This document shows positions 50,911 through 63,199 of a stretch of 64,000 bases of DNA, one piece after another; position 1 is the first letter of the stretch, and each line of letters starts with the position of its first letter. A program made the position numbers and the translations under genes. The notes under the pieces were generated by a model. The model had not been told where the DNA came from and did not search any database. It saw only the letters and a list, made by a program, of their open reading frames with translations. This DNA is from Octopus sinensis (Eukaryota): positions 558,001 through 622,000 of the forward strand of contig NW_021825323.1 in NCBI RefSeq assembly GCF_006345805.1, read 5' to 3'.

Positions 50911-51399
50911 ATGGGTGTTCTGGTGCGTTTCAAATTTTTAATGAAATATAAAATTAGACTGAGAAATCCATAACTATATCAACACAAAAATCTATGAAGA
51001 ACCCACTCTTGGATAGGAGACAGATGATGTTTACTGTCCGCCACACCACCACTGGCACTCCTAGCCGCCAAGCAGTGAGGGAATATTTGGCAAAAATGCA
51101 CAATGTCACTCTTGATCGAGTCATTTGCCACGGCCTTAAAACTCAATTTGGGAACACAAAGACGACTGGATTTGCCCTAATCTACAACACTCCTCAGGAT
51201 GCACTGAAAGTAGAGCCTATTCACCGTCTCAATAAAGTTTGAAATGTATTTACTGAGTCTAAAGTTCGGACTTAAGAGTAAAGTAAAACGTGGTGCTTGC
51301 AAGGATCGGAAGAAGAAGAAAAATCAGAAAAAGAAGCAGTTTGGAACTCTCAGGATGCGACAGAAGGAAAAGCAGAGAAGAAAGAACCGTCTTGATTAA
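50911..51399 (+). CDS. RPS24: 40S ribosomal protein S24 (eS24), 141 aa, two introns
   Basis: NPLLDRRQM..TGTPSR..GLKTQFGNTKTTGFALIY..EPIHRL..FGL. Introns at 50923-50957 and 51237-51264 give a 426-nt frame. Confidence 0.92.
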
Positions 51400-51769
51400 C
51401 TTTATTTTTTTCTTTAATTTGATTTTCCGATTTTAGTTTACGTGTTTCTTATTTTTCTCTGTTTTTATTCCTGATTGTTTATTTTATTGATCTATGTGAT
51501 TTTAATTTGGTGACCTGGCGACTCCTTTTCATACAATATTGGCGAATATCACTTCCTCTTATGTCGTAATGAGTTTGAAGGCTTCACGCATAATTTAGTC
51601 CAAGCAACACAATTTTTTAAATTTTGCCAGGCAGAACTTGCAAATAAAGTTTTAGTATTGCTTAACAACATGATTGAGAAAGTGATTTTTCAGACCTTAA
51701 TAGAGGAATAATTATACCGATCCAGAGAAAAAATAAGCCATCTGGAGCGGTGAAAAACTTCAAAAACTA

Positions 51770-52985
51770 TTCTCAAAATTAGTTAATTGCTTCACTAGAC
51801 GCTCGGCCCGCCTCGCGAATAGCAAAGCCATTCCCACGGATCACGGCGATCGACAGACGTTCCAACAGCCAGGATGACTCTCTGGAATCGTGTCTTACTC
51901 TTGATATCTGTCGGCCGTGGGAGCGAAGGAAGCGAACCGTCTTGGGACCAAAGATCCCCGAAGTCTCCAAAGCGATTGGGATGAAAAGGAGAAAATTCGA
52001 GAAGTGGCCGTACTTGAGAATCTTGCCAGCCTCGAAACGTGGCCAGGATCAACAGCGGACAGAGCGAGATTTCCGCGCGAGAATGTTTCTGAGTAGGTGG
52101 AGTCCCAAATAAGTGATTTCCCTTGCTTATAAGGAATGGTGGTCATGCCGTCTGGGCGTTTGCTGTCAGCCCAACCGCCTCAAGGATTGACAGGACACCC
52201 GCAGAAGCGAAAGCTCTCTGAATAATTGCGTTAAGTTCACTGTGGCAAAAGGCACGACCGGAACTTCTTTAAGCAATCGTTGTCCACCAGATTTTCGATT
52301 GAAGGGAGAGCCTTTAATTAAGCAGCGCTGCTTTGACAGCGAACTGCAGGTAAGCAAGCGAGACGGTGTTGATTGGGAACAGGCCAGGTCTTCAAAAGTC
52401 GCCTGACAAGAGATCTCGTCCCACTGTCGCTGAATAGATGGAAAATTGGGCAGCCTCGAATTAAGCCGGGCTTCCCACCGACTACAAGCAGCCAAGTAAT
52501 CTTAAGACAATTTTCGTTCGAGAAGGTTTCTGAGAACGATGTCTAAGAGAGAACGAGAAGCAGTGAGGAGATAGGAATGTTGGAAGGACCAGATCGAAAT
52601 ACAATCTCATGCCAAGGCCGTCCCAGCGCATAGGTAAAGATGCCTGGGTCCAGCCGGGATCGTCGAAGACCAGATTGCAGAGTGAGCTCGTACCGAGCCT
52701 GAGGATATGGTCAAAGTCGGAAAGAAGGTCACGTCAAAACGTCGAGTTTAACCATGATAAACTCCTCGGAAGATTCCATTAATTCACGAATTGAATGAAC
52801 AGTCGCTTTGCAGCCATTTTGGACACCGAACCCGAGTTGGCCAGGTAGAAACTTCGAGGACAAGACGGGAACAATGGCATGACACAGAAGCTTAGCAGAG
52901 AGCCTTTGGAAAATATTTCCCACGGCGATGGGTCTCACGCCGTTGTCCTTTTTCCCGAGGGCAGTAAGGTTAGCAAAAAAGAGAA
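51770..52985 (-). mobile_element. CRE-like element with most of the RT core deleted
   Basis: VRPIAVGNIF..QLGFGV..VKLDV joined to a post-RT segment, then KRPDG, WDST, ETSG and RLSIAVIRGN. Confidence 0.8.
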
Positions 52986-53049
52986 TATTATTTAAAAAAT
53001 TAGTTAGATTCCTTGAGATTTTTCTTGCCTTTAAGTTTTATTAATTAAT

Positions 53050-53400
53050 TCTTCGAAACGCGGTTTTTTGTTTGCTAATGCAATTCTGAAATTGTTTTTA
53101 GAGCTAAAAGAGTTTCTTTTCTTATTTTTTTTATATATTTGAGAAATGAAAATCCAGATTTATATAGCCAAGTCTTTGCAAATGGTACCAGAACTTCTAA
53201 TGCTTTTTTTGCAAGTTTCGGAAACCCTAATCGCACCAAAAAATCTCCAAAGAATTTGAGTCTTACAAAATTTTCAAGTAATGTAGATGCTTGCAATTCA
53301 ATTGTCTTTAAATTCTTTTCTATCATCCATCTTTTCTATTTTAAAAACAAATGGATTAACGATCGATCCAGATATCAGAATCTTTAATAATTCCGAGTAG
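53050..53400 (-). mobile_element. Buster-type hAT transposase C-terminal remnant
   Basis: FPKLAKKALEVLVPFAKTWLYKSGFS..YIK. Confidence 0.6.
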
Positions 53401-53599
53401 AAAATATCCATCAAATAAAATTTTTAAACATTCAAGATGATTGTTGATTTCTTTTTCAATATTTACATCAAAGGTAAAGTCGGAATCGATAGCAACTTCA
53501 TTCAGCTTTAAAAATTGACACAATGACAATTGATTTAATTTACTAGTTAGGAAGACAAGAAAAACTAGCCATTATCGACGACGGGAAATTTTAAAAAGA

Positions 53600-56130
53600 A
53601 TGAGGCACCGGAGTGTCTCTACTGAGCGGCATATTCCCCTAATAGACACTTTAAATATCTGACGTCCACTACAAAAACGATTGCGCCTTCTCCAGGACGG
53701 ACTGTATTTTGGGGACGCAGGATTCGTAAGAGTTATTCAATTTTTATTTGAGATCGAGACCGTAGGCCAACTTAATGGCGTAACGCCTCGTTTTCTCGAG
53801 TTTGTTGATTAGACAAACCCTCTCACCTGTGTCATACCAGTCCTCAAACCCGTAGGTGAGAATCGGTTGTACACATGTCTTGTATATGTAGATGTACGTC
53901 TCTGGACTCAGATGAAATCTGATCAGGCTTCGTATGATTTTAATGCTTCTCTTTATTTGGGTATCGATATGATTTCCATAAGAGCCTCTGACATCTATTG
54001 TAACCCCAAGGTATTGGAGGTTTTGCGAAAGTTTTAAGTCCCCAACTCCAAAGACACGAGCAATTTCGCTCCTCTGCTTCGACAGCCTGCACACTGTGCT
54101 CTTGTCACGAACCAGTGTTAGACCTTTTGCACGGGTCCATTCAATTATCCTTGCAAGGTATGGTTCGAGCCTTTGCCATGACAGATCACTCCTTCTCGAG
54201 ACATCGGTCACGAGAATGTCGTCCGCGTATACAATAAGATTACTCGATCAACCCGTAGGTAACGGGATGTCAGCGAGAAAAAGATTGAATAACAGCGTGA
54301 TCAGTATAGAACCCTGAGGGACACCTCTTTTAAGATCCACACTTTCCGATAGTCGGTTTCCGCACCGTACATAAGATTTCCTTTCGTTGAGATAACTCTT
54401 TAGCCATTTGAATGTTTTTTCACCTGCACCAGTCTCCAAAACTTTTCCCAGAAATCCAAGGTGCCAGAGGCAGTCAAAAGCCTTAGATAAATCCAAGCAT
54501 ACAAATTTCCTGTGGATTTGCCAGGACGAAAACCCCATTGGACATCGGAAAGCAGATTATCCTTTTCAACATGTAATGAGAGTCTTTCAAAAATTATTTT
54601 CTCCATAATCTTCGAAAAAGCGCAGATCAGGCTTATAGGCCTGTAGTTTTCTGCTAGGAGACTTGTTTTCCCCGGTTTCGGGATCATACAAACGACTGTG
54701 CACTTCCAGGTTGGGGGAAGATAACCAAAGGTAAAACTAGCGTCGAAAAGCATAGTTAGAGCCCGTAGGAGAATCTTCGGAGCCTTTTTAAGAAGTAACA
54801 AAGGGATGTAGTCGAATCCAGGGGCCTTGTTTTTCAGCCCTGCTATCGCTTCTTGTGCCTCTCTTTCGGTAGTAGCCTCGCATAGAGGTCCATTCACAAG
54901 ATTTAGAGATTCTAGCCTTGAAGTGACTTTCTCAAAGGTCTTTTGTGGAATAATTGATTCAGGTTCGACTTCTTGGGTTTTTCCCAGCTGCCTTCTTAGT
55001 TCATCCGGAACAAGATCGGAGGAAATATACTTTGCATCTTGCCCCTTTAATACGATATTGTCGCCTTTTCCTTCCGTGTTGTTCAGGCGCTGATGCGCCT
55101 TCCAAAAATTCGGATTTCTCTTATCCAGCATTCGGCATTCCTTCCTATATGATTTTTCTATTTTATTCTTGCCCATTTCTACCATCATCATCTTGAGATT
55201 GTCGATTTCAATTTTTAACTCGTTTCTGACCCCCACGTTGAAACATCTCCTTCTGCGATTCTGAAGGGTGCTCTTCTTCGTTACAAGCATAGACAGTTTG
55301 TTGTCTGTTTGGCGGCAACAAGGTCCCGATGCTCTCAATACTCTCTTTTCGGTAAATCTTTCTAGGAATTTGACAATTGATGACCTTAGATAGGTATCGA
55401 GGTCTTCAATATCCTCCATGGTCCGAAAAGGATGGAGCATTAAGTGCCAAGCGCATGGAGGACTCAAATAGACGCCAATCCATATTCGACAGATTATATC
55501 CAATAAACAGGTCCTCCGTCAGATTTATTTTTGTCCTTAGCCTCAACAATTTCGGGATGTGGTCGTTTCCTACATCCAGGTCGATTGTCGGACGATCACA
55601 GAGTGGAGTAATAGACGCTGAGGAGAGAAAAATTCCAAGACGATCCGGTCTACCTCAATCCGGATAGTGGTTTAGCTCTTCGGACGTCCATATCGAAAAA
55701 CCGAGATTTCGAGACAAACTCTCAAGAACCTCTCCGTCCGTATTGGTTGCTTCACACCCATAGACAATATTCTTTGCGTTCAGGTTCTGACTAGGATAGC
55801 TAGATTGTTCTCTTCAAAGAATGTCCTAACAACCGCCGGGTAGCTTCTCAAAGCCTTTGAATATCTATCTCCGACAGTAACCCAGCCAACGGCTGTAAGC
55901 AGTTCGAACGATATAAGTTCACAAGACCTGTCTTCAATAATCTTTTTCTCATACTTCCATTATAGAAGACAGAGGTTCCTGTTCCTGCTACTGCGTCAGT
56001 TTTCCAGGGGATATTAAGGGATTTGTAGCCTTAAAATTCAATTTTATTTGATCCCTTCAGCTTCGTCTCGTTGACAATCAATACGTCAGTTTTCGCTGAA
56101 GCTAGCAGAAACCTCAGCTCCGTTAAAAAA
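53600..56130 (-). mobile_element. APE-RT LINE (Jockey/I-like) ORF2, degenerate and 5'-truncated
   Basis: APE LIVNETKL and SPPCAW; RT KAPGFD, IPKPGK, YRPISL, LDLSKAFD, GVPQGS, YADD and YLGVTID. Confidence 0.85.
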
Positions 56131-56749
56131 TTGGCAAAATTATTGTCTTAAGTACGACAAAAGTTTATTAGATTGTCAGAAGCATTATCAATGCTTATCC
56201 TTTTCCCTTAAATTAAAAGATTCAACTAGTTAAGATGATTGAAAATGTTAGCAAAATATGCCACAAAAATAACAAAATCCGGAGATTTGGAACAATCAAG
56301 TAGTTCAGAGTTTTTTTCAAATAAAAATTGGTTAATTTCAAATTTAAGGATAAAAAATCTTGCTAAAACACAACCTCTTGACAGCCATCTAACAACAGTT
56401 TGCGGAGCCAGACATCAAACAGAAGAGTGTAGGGAAATCAGTTTCAGAATCATACATTCGTTACAGTAATTACATTATAGTTTATATGATTCTATGCTGT
56501 TGAATTTCGCTTTAACAAGTCGCGAGTGTTCTAAACTGAAATAATTGTATAACACGAATAAACTCTCTTTGATTTGGGCAAAAGTTTAAAGATCGAGGCA
56601 AAAATAATAGTAAAGTTTCGGAAATTTGGCAATGTGACAAGCTATCGTAAATAAATAAGTTAATAATGAAGTTTTGTTATTTTAAATGAAGTTTTTTTAG
56701 GTAGAGATATCTGAGGCCATTTAGAATTGATCAGGGAATTATAAAAGGA

Positions 56750-57110
56750 AGGTGCAATAGTTTCGTATCAACTGATTATATTTAAGAATTAATACAAGAA
56801 GAATCACCATAGTTCTACAGCAATACTCGCTTGACTTAACAAAACTCATCTCAAAAAGTGAAAATTGCAATTCAAAAAATTATTTAAGGTCAATTAAGTG
56901 CATACCTATAAACTTGTTACTAAGTGTGTAAATACAACATTTACAGACTACATTGAAGATTTTAATCTTATTTCAGATAATCAGTCTGGAGTAGATGACA
57001 ATTCTCAAGTTCAAAGGAAAAAACGTTAATAAACCAGTGTGTCAATATTGATAATGGAAATACCGTTTTCGAAATGGATCTATTTTAGAAAGGAATCTGA
57101 CTTTTTAAGT
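56750..57110 (+). mobile_element. R4/Dong-like RT fragment, heavily degraded
   Basis: YKLVTKCV..LISDNQ..NQCVN segments match the other R4-like copies. Confidence 0.5.
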
Positions 57111-57138
57111 GCTTTTATGATCGTAATTCAATTTCAGA

Positions 57139-59324
57139 TTTATTTAGATAAATTTACTGAATACAAGAACTTATAATTTACGTCCATTACTACAAGAGTG
57201 ACAGTTCCAATTCTGTTGCTGAAGCACATGAGGAAAATGGCACAATTGATGGTATAAACTCTCACAGGATGAACACTCAATAAGTGAATTCCCGGGAGTT
57301 GTTTCAAATTTGTTGCCTACAATAATACAAAGTCATTACAGACGACGCAGTTTAATCCAAAGTCCTGAGCCAGATCCTGCACCTGACTAAATATTTGCTC
57401 ATTTTCTTGTTTGATAGGGATATCCCCGTCTTCCAATTGATTCACTAATTTTTTTAACTCCTATCATTTATTTTACACATTTTATACGGATTCCACGTTT
57501 TTGCAAGCAATGGCACTGTTGCACAACGATTTGAGAGATTCAGAAGAATTTTCTTGTTTAGAAAACAACAATTCAAGAGCCTTATGCATTAGGGAGTACA
57601 TAAACAAATTATTATCACAAACTCAAACAACAGGAACGTTATAAATTATGTTTTATTATAAAAAATTTGAGTAATAATCGAAAATTGAATTACTAAATGA
57701 TCTGTCAGGTTCAAAGCAGTGTGGATCGTCAATGAGCAAATGGAAATGCAGTCGAGTTTAGTGCTCAAATCGACCTTCTAATAGCTTTTGACAGGAAAGT
57801 TTGGTTTTTCTTAGCGAGAGCACGGATTGATTTTTCTTTTATAGACTGCGACGAGACTAAGGATTACGAGCTTGAATGTGAGCGGAGGAACAAAACAGCT
57901 CCAATTGTTTTTAAGGTTTTTTAAAAAATTTAGACCATTTAAAGCAAGGTTCGATAGACAATCTTATCTTTGTTCATTAAACTTATGGTGGCAATTTTAA
58001 TTTTTAAGGAGAAAAATGGTGGTGGTTCTTAACGAGTTTATAATCACTTGGAATACTTTATGTTTCATGACCTCAGATTTTTTGTAAAAACTGAGAATTT
58101 TTTTACGATTTAATTACACAAACTATTTTTTAAAACTTCACTATGTAATCATGTTGATTACGAATAAAACTGAAAAAATACCTCGGCAGTTTCCTCTTAA
58201 TTTCGCAATTTGATCATGTTGATCTTTATTTAGATAAATTTACTGAATACAAGAACTTATAATTTACGTCCATTACTACAAGAGTGACAGTTCCAATTCT
58301 GTTGCTGAAGCACATGAGGAAAATGGCACAATTGATGGTATAAACTCTCACAGGATGAACACTCAATAAGTGAATTCCCGGGAGTTGTTTCAAATTTGTT
58401 GCCTACAATAATACAAAGTCATTACAGACGACGCAGTTTAATCCAAGTCCTGAGCCAGATCCTGCACCTGACTAAATATTTGCTCATTTTCTTGTTTGAT
58501 AGGGATATCCCCGTCTTCCAATTGATTCACTAATTTTTTTAACTCCTATCATTTATTTTACACATTTCATACGGATTCCACGTTTTTGCAAGCAATGGCA
58601 CTGTTGCACAACGATTTGAGAGATTCAGAAGAATTTTCTTGTTTAGAAAACAACAATTCAAGAGCCTTGTGCATTAGGGAATACATAAACAAATTATTAT
58701 CACAAACTCAAACAACAGGAACGTTATAAATTATGTTTTATTATAAAAAATTTGAGTAATAATCAAAAATTGAATTACTAAATGATCTGTCAGGTTCAAA
58801 GCAGTGTGGATCGTCAATGAGCAAATGGAAATGCAGTCGAGTTTAGTGCTCAAATCGACCTTCTAATAGCTTTTGACAGGAAAGCCTGGTTTTTCTTAGC
58901 GCGAGCACGGATTGGTTCTTCTTTTATAGACTGCGACGAGACTAAGGATTACGAGCTTGAATGTGAGCGGAGGAACAAAACAACTCCAATTGTTTTTAAG
59001 GTTTTTTAAAAAATTTAGACCATTTAAAGCAAGGTTCGATAGAAAATCTTATCTTTGTTCATTAAACTTATGGTGGCAATTTTAAATTTTTAAGGAGAAA
59101 AATGGTGGTGGTTCTTAACGAGTTTATAATCACTTGGAATACTTTATGTTTCATGACCTCAGATTTTTTGTAAAAACTGAGAATTTTTTTTACGATTTAA
59201 TTACACAAACTATTTTTTAAAACTTCACTATGTAATCGTGTTGATTACGAATAAAACTGAGAAATACCTTGGCAGTTTCCTCTTAATATCGCAATTTGAT
59301 CATATTGATCTTTATTTAGATAAA
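57139..59324. repeat. Tandem duplication of a 1086-bp unit (2 copies plus a 14-bp junction repeat)
   Basis: tttatttagataaa begins at 57139, 58225 and 59311. The two units differ only by scattered substitutions and single-base indels. Confidence 0.95.
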
Positions 59325-59598
59325 ATTTTATGTTTAAAATGACGTAAATAATGTTATTTTTTCTAGAAAATACAAAATGACGTAAATAATGAATTTGTTT
59401 TTAATTAACAAAGCAGATGTAAAAAATTAAAGCATCAAAAGTGTCAAAAATTTGAAAGCTGACAATATTTAACTTTAAATAATACTTAACGAAAAGTTAG
59501 AGAAAAGATTAGTTGAAAAAATATCGAAATTTCGAAAGCATCCCAAATTATCAAGAAAAATGAAAATTAGTAGATTGTTAAATAAACTTTATTTGAAA

Positions 59599-60308
59599 TT
59601 AATTTATTCTACTTAATGGTACTATCATTCTAAGAAAATGCCAGTAGCTGATAACTCCGTTAAAATCTGCATCCAAATAAGAAAGCAAAGCATATTCCTC
59701 ATTTGCATCTAATTTGATTTTATTTCTATAAAAATTTAATTATTAACGTTACTTTTTTAAAGTTTTGATAAATTCTTTTATCGGAACGTAACCTTTTTTA
59801 ACAAGATCTAGTTTGATCAAATCACGTCGAATTTGTCTCCATTTATCGCCTTTTCGTCTAATTTGGTGCAATATGCCTGCAAGGATTAAAGTGATTTTGC
59901 CCATAGAAATCTAAGGAATTCGAAACCAATATTAACTTGGTTAGGCGGAACCATACAAATAATACATCCATTCCCTACACTCATATTCGTCATATCTGAA
60001 TATATGTTGTTGAAAAATTCACTGCTATCAAAACTCTCGTAATTGGTAAGATATTTTAGTGTAAAAGCATTCCAATCATTGTCGTTACAAATTAGTTCAT
60101 GACTGACAAGACAGTCTAATTTTATAAAATCAGTAAGCAAGCCTCGCAATGATTGTTGATTTTGAATATTATTGGTATAAACTGAAAGTAAAATTTCAGT
60201 CAATCTTAATTTTACAGATTGCTCAAAGTTATGTAAAACAAATGGTTTTTCGTTTGTTGTGTTTGGACCCAAAATCGACTAAATATTAACCATTAAACTA
60301 TAAACCAT
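59599..60308 (-). CDS. Uncharacterised protein with a C-terminal EF-hand pair, 209 aa, three micro-introns
   Basis: Introns 60279-60305, 59911-59936 and 59726-59752 give a 630-nt frame ending LDLVKKGYVPIKEF..LLSYLDADFNGVISYWHFLRMI. Confidence 0.75.
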
Positions 60309-60964
60309 AAATCGTTATAAGTCAGCAAAAGTGGTCTAATTATATAAATTCAACGTTATACGTATAAAAATTCATTGAACTGGAAATAAAAAATACGAAA
60401 TTTAAGACGTAGACATGCAACCAAGCGACACGAAAATAATAAATTCAGTAGACACTGTCTTTTGAAATGTATAGACGAAGGGAATTCACAGAAAAATACT
60501 TTCTAAATCTCGATTAATTTTTATGTTCAAAGTTAACTGAGTTCAAGTTTTTTATGATTGAAATATCAAATTAATATCACTAAATCGATGTGTCAACTAT
60601 GGACAGTGAGTAATATTGCTGCGATTCAAATTATCTTTTTCTTGTCTTCGGGTTCTTGCATACAAGATACCAGAGCTGCGATGTTATTTATGCTCTTTAA
60701 TTTGGTTAATTAATTACCAAATGATTAAATAATAAACTTAATTATTTTTAAAAAAGCCAAATGTCATGAATCGGGAGAATCTTTTCAGTTCAATGTGGAA
60801 CGAGATACGTTTTCTTTTCCAAATAATTTTGGTCACAATCATAGAGAGAAAGCTCTGTCGTCCATGTCACAACAGAATCTTAAGTAAAATATTAAACAGT
60901 AAATTCTTAATCTATATGGTTAATTGATTTACGCGTATCTGTAACCAACTCGGATATTGAATAA

Positions 60965-61200
60965 TTAGCTAAAACTAAGGTCAATAAGAAGAAGAACTAA
61001 TGGCGATCCTGTTTCCCCTCACTATTGCTTGGGACACGTTCTGGAGGAGCCATCTCGTCTCCAGAGGATTGTGTGTTCTCAAGGTCTTGAGACGTCCAAT
61101 ACACTTGAGAAAGCACAACGACTCCTTCCCAATCGATCCCAGGGTTTCGACATCAATCGGCCGGAAAACGTAACGATCGGTGAGCGGCGATCGTAACTTA
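60965..61200 (-). mobile_element. CRE-like 3' tail fragment
   Basis: YVFRPIDVETLGSIG..LLQNVSQAIVRGN. Confidence 0.75.
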
Positions 61201-61449
61201 CATGGAAATTTAAAAAATAAAAGTACGATCAATTTATGTCGTCAATATTCATCAAAATTATCATTAAAAGTATTTTTGAATTCGATATGAAGCCTAAAGT
61301 TCATTTTAATGCTACTAATTGGGAGCGAGTATCTACTCCGTAAAGGTATGAATTAGATGACCAGAATTTTCTGTCATTATAGTTAAGACAGACAAGAGAC
61401 AAGACAAGTTTTATTTCCCAACAAACCCATAAATTAATGTTAGAGAAAA

Positions 61450-62130
61450 AGCCAAGAGCAGAACAAGAGGCTAATTAATGTGGGTTTAATTTCATTGTAT
61501 AGGGTCATTTTATGAGACACCACATGTCTCTTCTTCGCATATACCAAAAAGAAAAATTACATCATAATTTCCACAAGTGATGTAACAAATCTTATATCCT
61601 TTGAATTTAACGTCATAAGCATCTTCGATTTTTGAATTAAGTCCAATCCAAATGCCAATTTAATAGCAAATCTTCTGGTCTTTTCCAGTTTTTTCACAAA
61701 AATGCTACTTTTTCGGACCTATACCATCCTTGATAGCCATATATCAAGAATGGCTCAATACATGTAGAATGCAAAAAGGAAAGTTTCAGGCTCCAAATGA
61801 AATCGAGTTAAGGATTTCAACATTCCTGTAGCTTTCTCTCTTCGTGTTTTGATATGATCCTTAAAAGATCCTTTTCGATCTATCGATACTCCGGGATACT
61901 CTAGTTTTCCAGAGTTTTTTTATATCTCCTGTATTTACATATTCATCGATATTTTTTCTTTTACTTGCAATCCATGTGACTGTTGATTTTTCTCTTGACA
62001 GAGTCAACCCATTGTTTTGGCACCACCTCCCAATATTTTTTATATGGTTTTCTACCCTTTTCCATGAAATTTGTTTACTTATGCTTGAATCAAGCACAAG
62101 AATGTCATCAGCATAAATAATCATATTACT
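61450..62130 (-). mobile_element. LINE RT C-terminal fragment related to 53744-54240
   Basis: IIYADD..GLTLSREKSTV..LEKTRRFAIKLAFGLD. Confidence 0.75.
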
Positions 62131-62148
62131 ATTTATGACTATTTATCA

Positions 62149-63130
62149 CAGTGGTTCTCAACCTTTATTTTTGTATCGCCCCCTTGGAATTTTTTTCGCC
62201 CCTCCAATTTTTATATCGCCCCTTTATTTCATTAGTAAAAATTTTTATTTAAAAAATAAGAGTTTTAATGAGATCCTTGTGGTTGACAAGTTTTTCAAAA
62301 TTTGTACTTCTTTTCGTAAGTGTAATTCTAATGTCGCCTCTTTCTTCTATATTTAGTTTGTTTCTTTTTTTCCGATCATACTATTCAGAGTGCTGAATCC
62401 TCTCTCTACGCAGTATGACGTAGGAAAACATAATATTATTGGCATCATTTTTTCCCATAATTTCGGGAATTTCATTTTTATAGATTTTTCTCCCCAGAAT
62501 TTTTTTTTTTAAATAACGAAAACAACAAAAAAAAACTAGCTATCATGAACTGGCTCGCAGGATTGAAAGACAATTCCCCAGAATTGTGTCAGGTTTTCAT
62601 TTTTAAATTTTATTTTCAGTTCTTCGTCGTTTTTTAGTTCTATTAATTCTTCTTGACATTCATCATCAGAATCATAATGAATGGGCAACTAAGGATTAAT
62701 CATCCAATCAGAAAAGTTTAAATTAATTAAATCTTCAAATCTTTCAACTTTATATCTCTGCAACTTTATATGAATAAGATAATCCAGAGACATTTTGAGA
62801 TATATTTTTATTAAAAATTGACGGTAAGGTGTTTTTATTTTCAAAATTCTTTTTTAATTCTAGAAAAAAGTCTGGCTTTTTTCCAATTAAATTATGATGT
62901 TTTCGCTTTAAATGTTCAATCAAACGAGACGGTTTCATTGCCTCATTCGAAAAAATTGTACCACATTGAAGACAAAGTGGTTTATTAGGATCTTGAGGAT
63001 CTTTAAAAAATCCAAGAGAAATATATTCATCTTTATACATTCTGACTTTTTTTGAACACGACCCATAAAGATAACTAGAAATCACGCTTAGAAATTTAAA
63101 TAAAATATAATAAAAATATCATATTATAAT
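62149..63130 (-). mobile_element. Buster-type hAT deletion derivative with one TIR
   Basis: TIR cagtggttctcaacc at 62149, preceded by attTAtca. The N-terminus YKDEYISLGF..PLCLQCGTIFSNEAMKPSRL is fused to a C-terminal remnant (ELIELKNDEELKIKF). Confidence 0.8.
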
Positions 63131-63199
63131 AAATATTATTAGACTCGATTATATGAATGAATGAATGAATGAATTTTTATTAACGGAAAGCCGAAAAAA

